From NCBI GenBank assembly GCA_040767085.1, contig JAXGPF010000004.1:160001-224000 (forward strand): a stretch of DNA of 64,000 nucleotides, given 5' to 3'. The translations under genes and the position numbers were made by a program. The stretch is from Kiritimatiellia bacterium (GTDB lineage: Bacteria; Verrucomicrobiota; Kiritimatiellia; JAAZAB01). The notes under the pieces were generated by a model that did no database searches, had not been told where the DNA came from, and saw only the letters and a program-made list of their open reading frames with translations. Of this stretch, positions 48,723 through 57,136 are shown piece by piece (the first letter of the stretch is position 1; every line of letters starts with the position of its first letter).

Positions 48723-49211
48723 ATGCATAAATCAACCGTGATTTCCGCCGCCGGCGCCATTGCCATCCTGCTGGCCGGCCGCTTGGCAGCCGCTGAACCG
48801 GCCCCGGCCGCCGCGCCATCGGCCTTCGCCCCCGCGCAAGCCGCGCCCGGCCAGCCGGAGACGCCGCCCAAACCTTTTAACGTGGAAATGAGCGCGGAAT
48901 TCATGCGCAAGGTGATGGAAACCAGCGCCAAGATCGAAGCCATCAAAAAGCAGGCCGCTGAGCGACGCGCGGAAATTTTCAAGACCAATACGGAAATCCA
49001 AAGCCACCAAAAACAAATGGTGGCGCTGCAGAAAAAAATCAATGCCATTCTCGCAGCCGACGGAGAATTGACCGGCCTGGAAATGGAACGCGATATTCTC
49101 CTGACCATCATGCCGGCCATGCCCGCGGCGCGGGTGCGGGCCGGAGCACCGGCGGGATTGTTCCCGATGATCAACCGGGCGCCGGTGACGCCGCCGCCGG
49201 CCGTTCAGTGA
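48723..49211 (+). CDS. Secreted coiled-coil hypothetical protein
   Basis: Signal peptide; Ala/Pro linker; heptad helix; GAGGAG RBS. Confidence 0.75.
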   Translation: MHKSTVISAAGAIAILLAGRLAAAEPAPAAAPSAFAPAQAAPGQPETPPKPFNVEMSAEFMRKVMETSAKIEAIKKQAAERRAEIFKTNTEIQSHQKQMVALQKKINAILAADGELTGLEMERDILLTIMPAMPAARVRAGAPAGLFPMINRAPVTPPPAVQ

Positions 49212-49234
49212 CATCCGCCTGCAAGGAGATATAA

Positions 49235-49714
49235 ATGGCGAGTCAGGTTTTGATTGTTTATTTTTCGCGTTCCGGCAACACCGCCCGCATGGCGGAACTC
49301 GTCGCCGAAGGCGTGCGCCAGGGCGGCGCCGAATCCGCGGTCAAGGCGGTGGCGGAAGCTAAAATCAGCGACCTGGCGGAAGCGCAGGGAATTATCCTGG
49401 GCTCGCCCACTTACTACGGCTCCATGGCCGCCGAAATCAAATGCTTTATTGACGCCAGCGTCAAACTGCACGGCCAGTTGGCCGGCAAGGTCGGCGGAGC
49501 TTTCACCTCTTCCGGCGGTATTGCGGGGGGGAACGAAACCACCGTCCTGGATATGCTCAAAGCCCTGCTGATCCACGGCATGGTGATTCCCGGCAACTGC
49601 AACGGCGATCATTACGGTCCGGTCGCCGTCGGCGCGCCGGACCAGCGCGCGGCGGACCAATGCCGCCTGCTGGGCAAGATGGTCGGGGAATTAGCCGTTA
49701 AGCTGCACGGTTAA
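49235..49714 (+). CDS. Flavodoxin/WrbA-like NAD(P)H-dependent oxidoreductase
   Basis: YFSRSGNT; GSPTYYG; GKVGGAFTS; GGNETT; HYG. Confidence 0.92.
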   Translation: MASQVLIVYFSRSGNTARMAELVAEGVRQGGAESAVKAVAEAKISDLAEAQGIILGSPTYYGSMAAEIKCFIDASVKLHGQLAGKVGGAFTSSGGIAGGNETTVLDMLKALLIHGMVIPGNCNGDHYGPVAVGAPDQRAADQCRLLGKMVGELAVKLHG

Positions 49715-50547
49715 TGCCCGGCGCGGGCAGGCCGCGCGGCGGCCGGCGGGAATACCAATTTCAGGCCGTCAAAGATTTTGCGTCCCCAATGTGTCACGCG
49801 GAAATATTCCCTGGGCGCATCATCGGGAAGACCGTAGCGTTGATTGATCAGCGCGTGGCGCTGCCGGAATTTTTTTAAATATCCCGCACGGGTCGGCGCC
49901 GGCTGGCCGGCATTCCACGGCAGCCATTCGAAAATCTGCGAGGCATGGCACAGCGCCATCCGCTGCTTGACGGCATACACGCTGGAAATATCCACGGCGT
50001 AATCATAGCCCCGCTCGCCGGCGTAGGGATCATCCACGTTGATGATCAGCGGGTTGAGCGCCAGCGGCTTCGCCGGCCCGTTCAACGTGGGATAGGCATG
50101 CGGCACCGAGAGTTGATACGCCGTCATCCGCACGGCGCAAGCCGTGTTATAATGGTCGATATGAATCCCCGCCAGGGGATCCCCGACCACCGGAGGGCAG
50201 AAGATAAAGTCCGGCTCGAAATCCCGGATGGCGTTCCACAGGCCGCCCAGGGTGTTCCGATCGAGGAAAAACTGGCCCGGCACATGCTGGCCGTCCAGAC
50301 CGGCCAGGCATTCATACTCCGCGCCGATCAGCGCCGCGCTCCGCCGCGCCTCCCGATCGCGCCGGGCAAAAGTTTCGTCGGACGTCATTTCATGATGCCC
50401 GGAAGCGCCGCGGGTGGTGGCCAGGATTTTCAGTCGCAGACGCCGGCCGTAGCGCCGGCGCAGCAGGGCGAACAATCCTCCGGCGTTAAATTCGAAGTCA
50501 TCCTGGTGGGCCATGATGGACATGACCCCGATTGTTTTTTGTTTCAT
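49711..50547 (-). CDS. PIG-L/LmbE-family deacetylase
   Basis: AHQDDFE; RDREA; HIDH; CHASQ. Start overlaps the GntR stop. Confidence 0.88.
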   Translation of the reverse strand: MKQKTIGVMSIMAHQDDFEFNAGGLFALLRRRYGRRLRLKILATTRGASGHHEMTSDETFARRDREARRSAALIGAEYECLAGLDGQHVPGQFFLDRNTLGGLWNAIRDFEPDFIFCPPVVGDPLAGIHIDHYNTACAVRMTAYQLSVPHAYPTLNGPAKPLALNPLIINVDDPYAGERGYDYAVDISSVYAVKQRMALCHASQIFEWLPWNAGQPAPTRAGYLKKFRQRHALINQRYGLPDDAPREYFRVTHWGRKIFDGLKLVFPPAAARPARAGH

Positions 50548-51692
50548 TGCTTCTCCGTTGGCGGCCTTGTGCTGGCCCGCTCCATGATAGACGCCTGAAA
50601 ACGCGTTTCCCGGCCGCCGCAATCAGCGTCGTTGAACAAACGCGTAATTGCGCCGCCCAGGGTTTCCCAATTAAAATCAAAAGCGCTCAAAGCCGGACGC
50701 AGGGCGCTGTTTTCCGGCAGATCGCGGTAAACCAACACGGCCACGTCCCGGGGGATGTGCAGCCCGGCGCGGCCGGTTAAAACCGCGTAGGCATCCGGCG
50801 CCAATTCCGCCGCGCACAGCACCAGGGCGTCAAAGCGGACGCGCTGCCACAGGTCGAAAATCATGGCCGGCCGGTCGCCCGGGGCATTCGGATCGTATTC
50901 GCAAAACTGGACGGAATCAAAATCCAGGCGGCAGGACTCCAGGCCGGCGATGAACCCCTGGCGGAACGGATGGTCCGGCTGGTCGGGCACGCGTTTAATT
51001 GCCGCCAACCGGCGCCGGCCGCCGGCATGGAGATGCTGCACCGCCTGCTGCATCGCGGCCTGCCGGTCAATCACCGCCACCTTCCATTCCGCCTGGCGGA
51101 CCAGCCGCCAGTTTGCGGGATGTTGCTGCTCGTACTGGGATGAAAGATATACGCCGCGCACCCCCCGCTCAATCAGGAAAGGAATGATGCGTTCATACCA
51201 GGCGCCGCTGACGAAGACATTCGCGCCGCGCGGGATGCGTTCCAGCAGGGGCCAATCCACCAGTTCCGGGTTTTGGGATATATTGACGCGGTTGGCGCGC
51301 AGCACTGGCAGCGGATGTACCATTTGCCCCGGCCCCGCGGCGCGGATCGCGCCGGCCAGCATGTGCCGCAGCATGACGCTGGTTTCATGATTCAGCGTCA
51401 GGTGTCCGGCATGGGGCACCAGGAAATAAATCGTGTTGTCCCGGCCGGCCCGGGGCGGGCGGACATATGTGCCATCGCCGTGCCGGCATTCCAGCAAGCC
51501 CTCCTGCTCCAGCAACTCGCAGGCGGTCTGCGCCGACCGGGCGCTGACTTTGAAACGCACTGCCAATTCGCGAATGCTCTTGATGCGGTCGCCGGGCCGG
51601 AGTTTGCCCGATAGAATATCCGCCCGCACCGCGTCCGCCACCAGGCTGGACTTGCGTTTGAGTCTTTTGATTGACTTCATGACATAATACAC
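50544..51692 (-). CDS. GntR-family regulator with a LacI-type sugar-binding domain
   Basis: LRPGDRIKSIRELAVRFKVS...GDGTYV; IPRDVAV...PALS. Confidence 0.9.
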   Translation of the reverse strand: MYYVMKSIKRLKRKSSLVADAVRADILSGKLRPGDRIKSIRELAVRFKVSARSAQTACELLEQEGLLECRHGDGTYVRPPRAGRDNTIYFLVPHAGHLTLNHETSVMLRHMLAGAIRAAGPGQMVHPLPVLRANRVNISQNPELVDWPLLERIPRGANVFVSGAWYERIIPFLIERGVRGVYLSSQYEQQHPANWRLVRQAEWKVAVIDRQAAMQQAVQHLHAGGRRRLAAIKRVPDQPDHPFRQGFIAGLESCRLDFDSVQFCEYDPNAPGDRPAMIFDLWQRVRFDALVLCAAELAPDAYAVLTGRAGLHIPRDVAVLVYRDLPENSALRPALSAFDFNWETLGGAITRLFNDADCGGRETRFQASIMERASTRPPTEKQ

Positions 51693-51740
51693 TAGAATAC
51701 TGCCCGTGGGGTAAACGTAGCATAATTCCGCCGCACGTCA

Positions 51741-52160
51741 ATGCCTAAACGGGGGCATCTGCCGCCGCCGAACGGCCGCTGGCGGGTTGATCCGGTCAAC
51801 CATGAATACCTGCCGCTGTATGAAAAAGCCGGCGGCATGCAAGAACAATTCGAAGCCGCACTCGCCGCCTTCCGGGCCAAGGGTCTGGCGGAAGACCTGC
51901 AAGCGAAGGCAATCAACCCGAACTGCATCGCCGGCGTCACCGGCCGGGGACCTGCGCGAAAGTTTCCCGGAGCAACAAGCAGGCTTGATTTTACGTCCGC
52001 CGGACAGCTTCATGAATGTCCGCCGCGGGAGTCCCCAAGGCCGGGACATCTTGAGCAGCGAATGGATTTCGCAGCCCTTGGCTTTGCCCGCGGACTTCTC
52101 CAAGACTCCAGCGTATGCCATCACCGCGGTGGCCGGCGGCGCTTGCGCGCCGGACATTCA
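51741..52160 (+). pseudogene. Possible fragmented gene remnant
   Basis: Protein-like text switches frame near 51945 (EYLPLYEKAGGMQEQFEAALAAF... then DLRESFPEQQAGLILRPPDSF...); no RBS. Confidence 0.3.
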
Positions 52161-53285
52161 TAATTTTATCCGGCCGGCCCGCAAATCTTCCAGCAGCCCG
52201 TCATAACGGGCGCGATCCACCGGCAGGGTCACCTCCCGCTTTTCGATGGCTGATAAAATCATGGCATTGGCCCACTCCACGGCGTGCAGCCCCTCCGCGC
52301 CAGGCGCCAGCAGGCTGTCGTTGGGCCGGTCGTGCAAGATCGCATCGCACCAATCGCGGAAAACAATCTTATGCCCGCGTTCCTGTTCCGGCACCTCCAG
52401 CTTGTGTTCCGTAAATGAAACCTGTGCGCCGATGGTGGACGCTTCCCGGATCAACAGATCGGAAGGCTGGCCGAATTCCCGGAAAACCAAGCCGGCGCCG
52501 TCAAAAAACAGCGCCCCGCGGGTGCCAATCACTTCCACCCGCGTGATGCCGGAGACCTCGCCGGTATTGGCGTAAAACCGGCAGGGAAATCCGGCGGCGA
52601 ATTTTATGCGGGCATCCACTTCGTCCTCCGTCTCGATGGCATGAAAACGCGTGCCGATTTCGGCGGAGATGGCGCGCGCCGGCCCAAACCACCAGTAGAG
52701 CAAATCCAGGTCATGCGGCGCCTGATTCATCAGGAAACCGCCGCCTTCTCCGCGCCACGTGCCCCGCCACGTCTGGGAATTGTAATAAGCCTGGGTGCGC
52801 AGCCAGTTGGTCCACACCGTGTCCACCCGTTGGATTTGGCCGACGCTGCCCCGGGCAAGCCAGTCCTTGATTACTTGATTGACGGCCGTGGTGCGCTTGG
52901 AATACATAGTGCAGAACTTCACCTGGGTCTTGCGCCAGGCGGCAATCAGGGCGTCCGCCTCGGAGACGGCGACGGTAATCGGCTTCTCGCACATGACATG
53001 CAGATTTCTGGCGAAGGCATAGCGGCTGATTTCCGCGTGGCAGGGATGCGGCGTGGCTATCGCCACCGCGCCGCACAAACCGCTGTCAATCAGCTGCCGG
53101 TAATCGGTGAAACGCTTGACCGCCGGACTGAGCCGTTTCTTGTTTTCCGCCTCGGTAAACCTTGCCGGCACGATATCGCAGACCGCGGTCACCTGCGCCT
53201 GCGGCACATCCTCCGTCAGGGTTTTCAGATGCCCCTGCCCCATCGTACCCAGACCGATGATGCCTATCCTGACTTTTGTCTCCAT
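52158..53285 (-). CDS. Gfo/Idh/MocA-family oxidoreductase
   Basis: GIIGLGTMG; IATPH; CEKP; WRGTW.GEGGG.LMNQAPHDLD. Confidence 0.93.
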   Translation of the reverse strand: METKVRIGIIGLGTMGQGHLKTLTEDVPQAQVTAVCDIVPARFTEAENKKRLSPAVKRFTDYRQLIDSGLCGAVAIATPHPCHAEISRYAFARNLHVMCEKPITVAVSEADALIAAWRKTQVKFCTMYSKRTTAVNQVIKDWLARGSVGQIQRVDTVWTNWLRTQAYYNSQTWRGTWRGEGGGFLMNQAPHDLDLLYWWFGPARAISAEIGTRFHAIETEDEVDARIKFAAGFPCRFYANTGEVSGITRVEVIGTRGALFFDGAGLVFREFGQPSDLLIREASTIGAQVSFTEHKLEVPEQERGHKIVFRDWCDAILHDRPNDSLLAPGAEGLHAVEWANAMILSAIEKREVTLPVDRARYDGLLEDLRAGRIKL

Positions 53286-53408
53286 GATCCTGTTTGACTC
53301 CTCTCTTGGTTCCTCTGGGGTATGCCCCTAAACTTAAACTTGACGGATCGCACCCGCCGTTGCCACCGCCGGCCGGGCGGCGAGCGGCGCCGGCCGCCGC
53401 GCGTCCAA

Positions 53409-55931
53409 TCATTGACCGGAGAATTTGCCGGCGCCGGCGATGTATTCCTCGGACTCTTTCCAGTACGCCGCCGATTCCAAGGGTGCGTCATCAAGCTGCC
53501 AGTATTGCGTCATCTTGCGCTCGCGCGGGCGCGGCGCGGCGCCTTGCTCGCGCAGGTAGCGCGCCAGGGCCGCCGGCTCAATCGCCGCCGCCGGGCGGAA
53601 GGCATCGGACGCGGCGTAATCCAGGATGGAATCGAACAGGGCGCGCGCTTCCGGCAGATCCTGGTTCAACCCGGTAAAGTTCAACCCGGTGACGAACAGA
53701 CGCCCCGGCCCGACCCTGACTTCGAAGGCGTAGGCGAAATTGCGCATGGTATATTCCGGCTGGAGTTCCGACAATTGATATGTAAAAACATCAAAGCGAT
53801 CCCGTACGGGACGGTCCACCCCGCGCATGATCGGCTCCAGCTTCACGGGGAAATTATCCAGGTTGATCTTGTCGCAATCGTTGATCAACGCGTGAAACTG
53901 CAGATCGGCAAAGCCGTCATGCGGCAGGCCGGCAAATGAAGGATGCGGTTCAATGATCGCCCCGCAATTGTGGCCGCGATCCCAGATCACGCCCTTGAAC
54001 CGGTCCCATACCGCCGGCAGCCAGTACTGCTCGCGCGGCGCGGCCTGGCGCCGGTCGCGCGTTTCCGGCACGCGATACAGCACCAGGGCGTCGCCGCCGC
54101 GGGCCAGATGCGCTAATAATGCAGCGCTGAACCGGTTGACGATCAGCAGCCCGGCCGGATCGGCCAGCGATCCTTGCGGCCGCAGCCGCGGGCAATGCGC
54201 CGCCAGTTGTATTTCATCGAGCGCAATGGTGCAGTTCACCGGCGCGCGGGACGCCGGCGGCGGGGTACACCAGACTTGCCAGTCGTTTTCCGCAATCCGG
54301 CGGCCGGCGCCGTCCTGCAGCCACAGGCACAGCTTCAAAGCCAACGGCCGGTCGGCCGCCGGCAGAGTCAGTTCCAGGGAACAAATTTCGCGCAAGCCGC
54401 GCGCGCGCAGGTCAATCCCCCGCAAAATGCCGCCGCGCAATGGTTCCCGGGCGCCCGGCCGGGCCGTGTCGTGCAAGGCAAAACCGAAATCCGCGGCACC
54501 CGGGCCGCCGGCGGCATAATGCGAAAGCCACACGGGAATTTTCAACGTCCCGCCCGCGCGCAGGACCCGCCGCGGCAAATCCGCCAGCAGCACGCTGTCG
54601 CCGTTGAATTTCATGAATTCCGCGCGATCCACCCCGGCTGCATCGTCGAAACAATCCAGGATGCCGTTGGAATTCTCGTAACGGTCGGTATCCGAGAGCT
54701 GCAGGAAATGGAATCCGCTGAGCAGCGGGCTGCGCCGGGCGGCTTCCAGCGCCAGCTTCCAGCTGATGAACTGGAAGCGTTTGCTTGCCGCGCGCAACCG
54801 TCCGTAATCAGCCAGTTGCCCCTTGGCCGCCGCCAGTTTCCGGGTCGCGGCCAGCCACCAGGGCGGCGGGACGCCGTGTTTCTGGAACTTGGCGTCCAGC
54901 GCGTCCAAATCGCGCCAGGCGATGTAATGGCAGACTTCATGCGCCAGCACCGGACGCTCCGGACGGATGGCGCGGGTGATGGTATATGCCAGGCCGTCCG
55001 CCGCGCCGGATGCGGTCAACTGGTTGCCCTGGCACGATCCATAAATCAGCCAGTTATAAGTGTTGTCAAACATGTCGTAATCCTTGCCGAAGGGATAGTA
55101 ATACGACATATGCTGAACATCGAAGTCCACGTAAGTGCGATCATATTCGCCGTGGGCGCAGGTGTCAATGAACAGGCGGGTCGGATCCAATTCCCGGGTC
55201 ACCGCGGCGATATGCGCGATAAATGGATTCTTGCCCGGATGCTTGATTTCATTACCGATGCAATAGGCCAGCAGCGAAGGATGGTTGCGCAGCCGCAGGA
55301 TGACGGCGCGCCATTCCCGCTCGTCGATCACCTCGTTGTCATCGCGCATCGCGCGGCGTTCCTTCTGGTAGCGCCCGTAATATTTCCGCGCTTCCAGATG
55401 GATGAAGATTCCCAAACGGTCGGCCACTTCGAAACATTCCTCCGGCGGCACCGTGGAATGGAACCGGATCAGGTTGAACCCGTAGGCCTTGGCCGCCCGT
55501 ATGTTTTTCTCGTAATACGCCGTTAAGGACAGATTTTCCAGATTGGGGTGATCGTGCGCCGCGCGCCCGCGGATATACCCGCGGGCGTAAAATTTCCGGC
55601 CATTGACCAGGATATCGCGCCCGGCCGCCCGGATGCTCCTCATTCCGAAGCGGACCGCGCAGGACTGGCTGCGCCCGGCAACATCAAGTTCCAGCGCCAG
55701 TTCGTACAGGCACGGATGATCCAGGCTCCAGGGCCGGCAATCCGGTATGGACGCCCAAAACTCCACCGATCCCGCGCCGGCCGTTGGCACGGCGCCGGAC
55801 GCGACAGCCCGGCCCTGATCCATGATCCGCCATGTACCGGCCGACATGCCCGCGGGCGCGGTGAACGATACGCGCGCCCCGCCAGCCTCCAGATCCGGCG
55901 CCACGAATAAATCCGGCAATTCCTGCTCCAC
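53409..55931 (-). CDS. Glycoside hydrolase family 2-like protein lacking the N-terminal sugar-binding domain
   Basis: PWSLDHPCLY; FGMR; GFNLIRFHS; NHPSLLAYCIGNE; LAHE; GTG start with AGGAGG RBS. Confidence 0.85.
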   Translation of the reverse strand: MEQELPDLFVAPDLEAGGARVSFTAPAGMSAGTWRIMDQGRAVASGAVPTAGAGSVEFWASIPDCRPWSLDHPCLYELALELDVAGRSQSCAVRFGMRSIRAAGRDILVNGRKFYARGYIRGRAAHDHPNLENLSLTAYYEKNIRAAKAYGFNLIRFHSTVPPEECFEVADRLGIFIHLEARKYYGRYQKERRAMRDDNEVIDEREWRAVILRLRNHPSLLAYCIGNEIKHPGKNPFIAHIAAVTRELDPTRLFIDTCAHGEYDRTYVDFDVQHMSYYYPFGKDYDMFDNTYNWLIYGSCQGNQLTASGAADGLAYTITRAIRPERPVLAHEVCHYIAWRDLDALDAKFQKHGVPPPWWLAATRKLAAAKGQLADYGRLRAASKRFQFISWKLALEAARRSPLLSGFHFLQLSDTDRYENSNGILDCFDDAAGVDRAEFMKFNGDSVLLADLPRRVLRAGGTLKIPVWLSHYAAGGPGAADFGFALHDTARPGAREPLRGGILRGIDLRARGLREICSLELTLPAADRPLALKLCLWLQDGAGRRIAENDWQVWCTPPPASRAPVNCTIALDEIQLAAHCPRLRPQGSLADPAGLLIVNRFSAALLAHLARGGDALVLYRVPETRDRRQAAPREQYWLPAVWDRFKGVIWDRGHNCGAIIEPHPSFAGLPHDGFADLQFHALINDCDKINLDNFPVKLEPIMRGVDRPVRDRFDVFTYQLSELQPEYTMRNFAYAFEVRVGPGRLFVTGLNFTGLNQDLPEARALFDSILDYAASDAFRPAAAIEPAALARYLREQGAAPRPRERKMTQYWQLDDAPLESAAYWKESEEYIAGAGKFSGQ

Positions 55932-56040
55932 GTCTTCCTCCTGGCAATTCCATCATGCCGCGCCTGTCGCGCGCCGAGCTCCCGCAGCATATGCGCGGCG
56001 TATCAACTCCATCCCGCCTGGCCCCGGAACAAACGCGGTT

Positions 56041-57060
56041 TCATTTAAAACCCAGTATGTCCAACCTTGCCGGTTTCCAGATGCCGCCGGCGCCCAGGCT
56101 GTTCAGCACGCGCACGGCAACCAAATTCTCCTCGTTCCAGCGCAGCCCATCCGTGACATCCAGGTGAAAAGCCTTGTTCCAGCCGCTCGGCCCCAAATCC
56201 TGGCCGCCGGCATACACGCCATTCACCCAGACCCAGGCGCACTCATCCACGCCTTCAAACACCAGTTCCGCGGCCAGCAATTTTTCCGGCCGCGGCGGCG
56301 CGGCAAACCGGCCCCGGTACCAGGCCACGCCCACGTGCTCCATGTCCCAGGGAGCGCCGATCCTCGCCGGGATCCAGCCCGCGTCGTCAAAGCTCGGGTC
56401 AAACCACTTCCGCACGTGCCCGTCCGGCGCCAAATCCGGATGAAGCCGCCAGCCTTCCACGGGCAAAGGCCGGCTTTCGATGACGAAAATACGTTCCAGG
56501 TGATCCGCCATGTCCGGCCGGTGGCGCACCGGGACGACATTGCATTCCGGCGGCTGGAAAGCCGCCAGCAATTCCGCCGTGATCTTGCGGACTTCCGGGG
56601 CTTCATCCCGGGCCACCCGCTCCATCAAGGCAACCGCGGCCGGCTCCCGCGGCTCGATCGCCACCAGCAAACGCGCCGCCATGACCCGCACATCCGTCTC
56701 CGGATCGTCCAGCGCCTTGGCAATGTACGGCAGCGCCGCCATGCCCGGGGGCGTCCCCGCCAAGGCCAGCAGGGCCGTCCGCCGCACCACCAGGTCGGAA
56801 TTATCCATGGCCGCCAGCAGCACCGCCGCCGGCGCGCCGCTTTCCGCCAAGCCGCGCGCTGCCGCCCGCCGCACCAGCGGACTCTCATCCTGCAACCCCC
56901 GCTCCAGCACCGGCAGCCCTGCCGCTCCCTGCGCCGCCGCGTCGTTCATTTGAACCCGGCGCGCCGGCACTCCGCCGGTATCCGCGATGCTCATTCCCAC
57001 CCAACCCGCCAGGAATGCCGCGGTTACCCCCGCCATGTTGATCCTTGTTTGCACTGACAT
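56041..57060 (-). CDS. Secreted HEAT-repeat protein with a C-terminal GH2-type sugar-binding domain
   Basis: HEAT repeats LQDESPLVRRAAA and LDDPETDVRVMAA; GVAWYR..FEGVDE..VWVNG...GGIWKP. Confidence 0.8.
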   Translation of the reverse strand: MSVQTRINMAGVTAAFLAGWVGMSIADTGGVPARRVQMNDAAAQGAAGLPVLERGLQDESPLVRRAAARGLAESGAPAAVLLAAMDNSDLVVRRTALLALAGTPPGMAALPYIAKALDDPETDVRVMAARLLVAIEPREPAAVALMERVARDEAPEVRKITAELLAAFQPPECNVVPVRHRPDMADHLERIFVIESRPLPVEGWRLHPDLAPDGHVRKWFDPSFDDAGWIPARIGAPWDMEHVGVAWYRGRFAAPPRPEKLLAAELVFEGVDECAWVWVNGVYAGGQDLGPSGWNKAFHLDVTDGLRWNEENLVAVRVLNSLGAGGIWKPARLDILGFK

Positions 57061-57136
57061 CCCCCGTTTATCAAGCTTGCCAGCGGCATCCCTGACCGCG
57101 CCCGATGCGCCAAGCGCGGACGCCGGCCGGCGCGCA

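Noticed and set aside
55932..56055. Programmed frameshift fusing the HEAT protein to GH2 at G GGT TTT
   Set aside because: The -1 frame hits TAA immediately, and the GH2 frame has a TGA 8 codons before its GTG start, so no fusion is possible.
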